The notes under the pieces: generated by a model
The model's input: the letters and a program-made list of their open reading frames with translations, nothing else
Told to the model about the DNA's origin: nothing
Databases searched by the model: none
From: Macrostomum hystrix
Taxonomy: Eukaryota; Animalia; Platyhelminthes
Reading direction: 5' to 3'
NCBI GenBank assembly: GCA_950097015.1
Contig: CATNEN010000014.1
Span: 496,001 to 560,000, forward strand
Length of the DNA: 64,000 nucleotides
Position numbers and translations under genes: made by a program
Part shown: piece by piece, positions 63,841 through 64,000 of the stretch
Position numbering within the stretch: the first letter of the stretch is position 1
Layout of the letters: the number at the start of each line of letters is the position of its first letter

Positions 63841-63945
63841 TTTCCCAACGGGTTCGAGGTCGCTCAGAAGATCAGATTTCGAGTGTGAGCTTGCGTCTGG
63901 GGCAACATTTATCAATTCCAGTTTTTACTTCAGTAGCGTTATCGA

Positions 63946-63959
63946 TCTACCATGGCAAC
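63946..63959. promoter_or_regulatory. X-box-like motif (GTTGCCATGGTAGA on minus strand) ~110 bp upstream of the gene A ATG
   Basis: 12/14 match to the RFX palindrome GTTGCCATGGCAAC's consensus form GTTGCCATGGTAAC. Additional GGCAAC half site near 63901. Confidence 0.35.
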
Positions 63960-64000
63960 GGAACAACAAACAACCCATACAGAGATCTGGCAATCTCGCC

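Noticed and set aside
63841-63915. Upstream in-frame ATG as the gene A start
   Set aside because: The 25 extra residues are hydrophilic and the signal peptide begins at ATG 63840. This cannot be fully excluded.

Overview
Eukaryotic (metazoan, intron-rich) genomic DNA. The style resembles a free-living flatworm such as Macrostomum, but that is an unverified inference. The window is dominated by two minus-strand paralogous genes that I reconstructed by hand from GT-AG splice sites with consistent phases. Gene A (63840->39875, 21 exons, 14046 nt CDS, ~4681 aa) encodes a signal peptide, EIGHT tandem carboxylesterase/cholinesterase-fold domains, a Ser/Thr stalk, one TM helix and a short tail ending in ...DTTHL. 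Gene B (24392->13588, 11 exons, 8055 nt, ~2684 aa) has its own signal peptide, FOUR such domains, a ~23x9-aa mucin repeat, and the same TM and tail. All 12 domains lack the catalytic Ser and strictly alternate between two types: A (GHGxG/D elbow, His kept, neuroligin-like) and B (GVEAG/GDDAG elbow, His replaced by Leu). They are built from a 5-exon cassette with intron phases 0-1-1-0-1. Other genes are two rhodopsin-like GPCRs, a divergent BCCIP/Bcp1, a PHD+CXXC+AT-hook chromatin protein and an SLC16-like MFS transporter. Non-coding features include a 60-bp satellite amplified inside a dispersed TIR element, several minisatellites, piggyBac and LINE relics, a Penelope-type hammerhead ribozyme motif, and RFX X-box-like motifs at the 5' ends of both esterase-like genes.
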